Shown one piece after another: positions 62,637 to 64,000 of a stretch of DNA of 64,000 nt (its first letter is position 1; each line of letters starts with the position of its first letter). This stretch comes from Alphaproteobacteria bacterium (GTDB lineage: Bacteria > Pseudomonadota > Alphaproteobacteria > UBA7887), in the NCBI GenBank assembly GCA_965216755.1, contig CBDCGL010000011.1:3392001-3456000 (forward strand), given 5' to 3'. Both the position numbers and the translations under genes were made by a program. Below the pieces are notes generated by a model. The model was not told where the DNA came from, ran no database searches, and was given only the letters and a program-made list of their open reading frames with translations.

Positions 62637-64000
62637 CTATTCGGCTGCGGTCGCTGTCGTCGCCGGCGCCCGCTCGGTCGCCGACGCGGTCTTGTTGCGT
62701 AAGTAAGTGTGAATTGAATCCGCGGCGTCGCGACCGTCCCGAATCGCCCAAACCACCAACGAAGCGCCACGGACGATGTCGCCGGCGGCGAATACGCCAT
62801 CCAAATTGGTCATCATGTTGCGCAGATTCGTGCGCACCGTGCCCCAGCGGGTGATGGCCAATTCCGGCGCCCGAAAAAGCCCCGGCAAGTCCTCAGGGTC
62901 GAATCCCAGTGCCATGATCACCAGACCCGCATCCATGGTGAATTGCGATTGTTCAACCGGCACCGGGGTCCGGCGGCCGGATGAATCGGCCGGGCCCAGG
63001 CGCATGCGAATCGCACGCACGCGTCCGACCGATGTGTTGCCCAAAAAAGCTTCTGGCGCCGACAGCCAAGAAAATGCCACGCCTTCTTCTTCGGCGTGCT
63101 GCACCTCGCGCATGGAGCCGGGCATGTTTTCGCGATCGCGGCGATAAAGACACGTCACCGCGCGCGCGCCCTGACGGATGGCGGTGCGCACGCAGTCCAT
63201 GGCGGTGTCGCCACCACCGATCACCGCGACCGATTTGCCGTCCGCGTCGAGCCGGCCCGAATCAAATTCGGCCACCGAGTCGCCCAGGCCTTTGCGGTTG
63301 CTAGCGATCAGGTAAGTCAGCGCCGGCACGACATTGTCGAGGCCGACGCCGGGGACCATGATGTCGCGCGATTTATAGACCCCGGTGGCAATCAGGACCG
63401 CGTCGTGGCGCCGCCGCAACTCGGCCAAGTCGGTCTCGTTGCCAATATTGACGTTCATGTGAAACCGCACACCACCGTCGCGCAGATGATCCGCGCGCCG
63501 GGCGACAACGTTTTTCTCCAGCTTGAAGTTTGGAATGCCATACACCAGCAAACCGCCAATGCGATCGTGGCGATCATAGACATCGACCTGATAGCCACGC
63601 CGGCGGAGCCTTTCTGCCGCGGCCATCCCGGCTGGGCCGGCACCAATGATGCCCACCGATTCGGGGCGTTCAGCGCCTGGGCTGATGGGGCGCACCCAAC
63701 CCTGGTCCCAGGCCTGTTCGGTGATGTATTTCTCGACCGCGCCGATGGTGACCGTGCCATGCCCCGATTGCTCGATCACGCAATTGCCTTCGCACAAGCG
63801 GTCCTGAGGGCAGATCCGACCACATATCTCGGGCATCGAGTTGGTCGCCGACGACACGTCATAGGCTTCTTGCAAGCGTCCTTCCGCGCACAGATGCAAC
63901 CAATCGGGAATGTTGTTGTGCAGCGGGCAATGCACCTGACAAAACGGAATGCCGCATTGCGAACATCGGCTCGCCTGGGCCTTAGCTGCATCGCGGGCGA
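62637..64000 (-). CDS. gltD: Glutamate synthase small subunit (5' end outside window)
   Basis: CSQCGIPFCQVHCP, GRICPQDRLCEGNC, GAGPAG, GGGDTAMDC, SLVVWAI. Confidence 0.96.
   Translation of the reverse strand, partial: ARDAAKAQASRCSQCGIPFCQVHCPLHNNIPDWLHLCAEGRLQEAYDVSSATNSMPEICGRICPQDRLCEGNCVIEQSGHGTVTIGAVEKYITEQAWDQGWVRPISPGAERPESVGIIGAGPAGMAAAERLRRRGYQVDVYDRHDRIGGLLVYGIPNFKLEKNVVARRADHLRDGGVRFHMNVNIGNETDLAELRRRHDAVLIATGVYKSRDIMVPGVGLDNVVPALTYLIASNRKGLGDSVAEFDSGRLDADGKSVAVIGGGDTAMDCVRTAIRQGARAVTCLYRRDRENMPGSMREVQHAEEEGVAFSWLSAPEAFLGNTSVGRVRAIRMRLGPADSSGRRTPVPVEQSQFTMDAGLVIMALGFDPEDLPGLFRAPELAITRWGTVRTNLRNMMTNLDGVFAAGDIVRGASLVVWAIRDGRDAADSIHTYLRNKTASATERAPATTATAAE

Overview
GC-rich alphaproteobacterial (Rhodospirillales-like) chromosomal segment made mostly of housekeeping genes: htpX, acs, dapE, def-fmt-truA, rmuC, ffs-dnaX-ybaB-recR, nudC, pheA, thrS-infC-rpmI-rplT-pheST-lepA, yejABEF, cycM, kdsB, fzlA-queG and gltDB. 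The accessory part is a hotspot at tRNA-Ser(GGA), 32.5-39.1 kb. It holds (i) a ~4 kb decayed island bounded by an 18-bp att direct repeat, carrying a truncated DUF6538 integrase, an IS3 end remnant and an intact Zn-ribbon/wHTH + DUF4145(HEPN-like) fusion gene; (ii) an intact RAYT/TnpA-REP HUH nuclease gene bracketed by two fixed-length (84-85 bp) long-hairpin elements, with a third copy 18 kb away, each having a variable centre and a one-sided 8-9 nt end duplication, and two of them supplying the TGA stop of a neighbouring gene; (iii) a full-length DUF6538 tyrosine recombinase that appears catalytically dead. Other oddities: an orphan HicB inside def-fmt-truA, YejA with a C-terminal membrane anchor, a di-haem CycM, a candidate anti-SD sRNA behind a perfect CRP-type box downstream of gltB, a 3x25-bp tandem repeat upstream of fzlA, and synteny suggesting a ~34 kb inversion. 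All calls were made by eye; no database searches were run.
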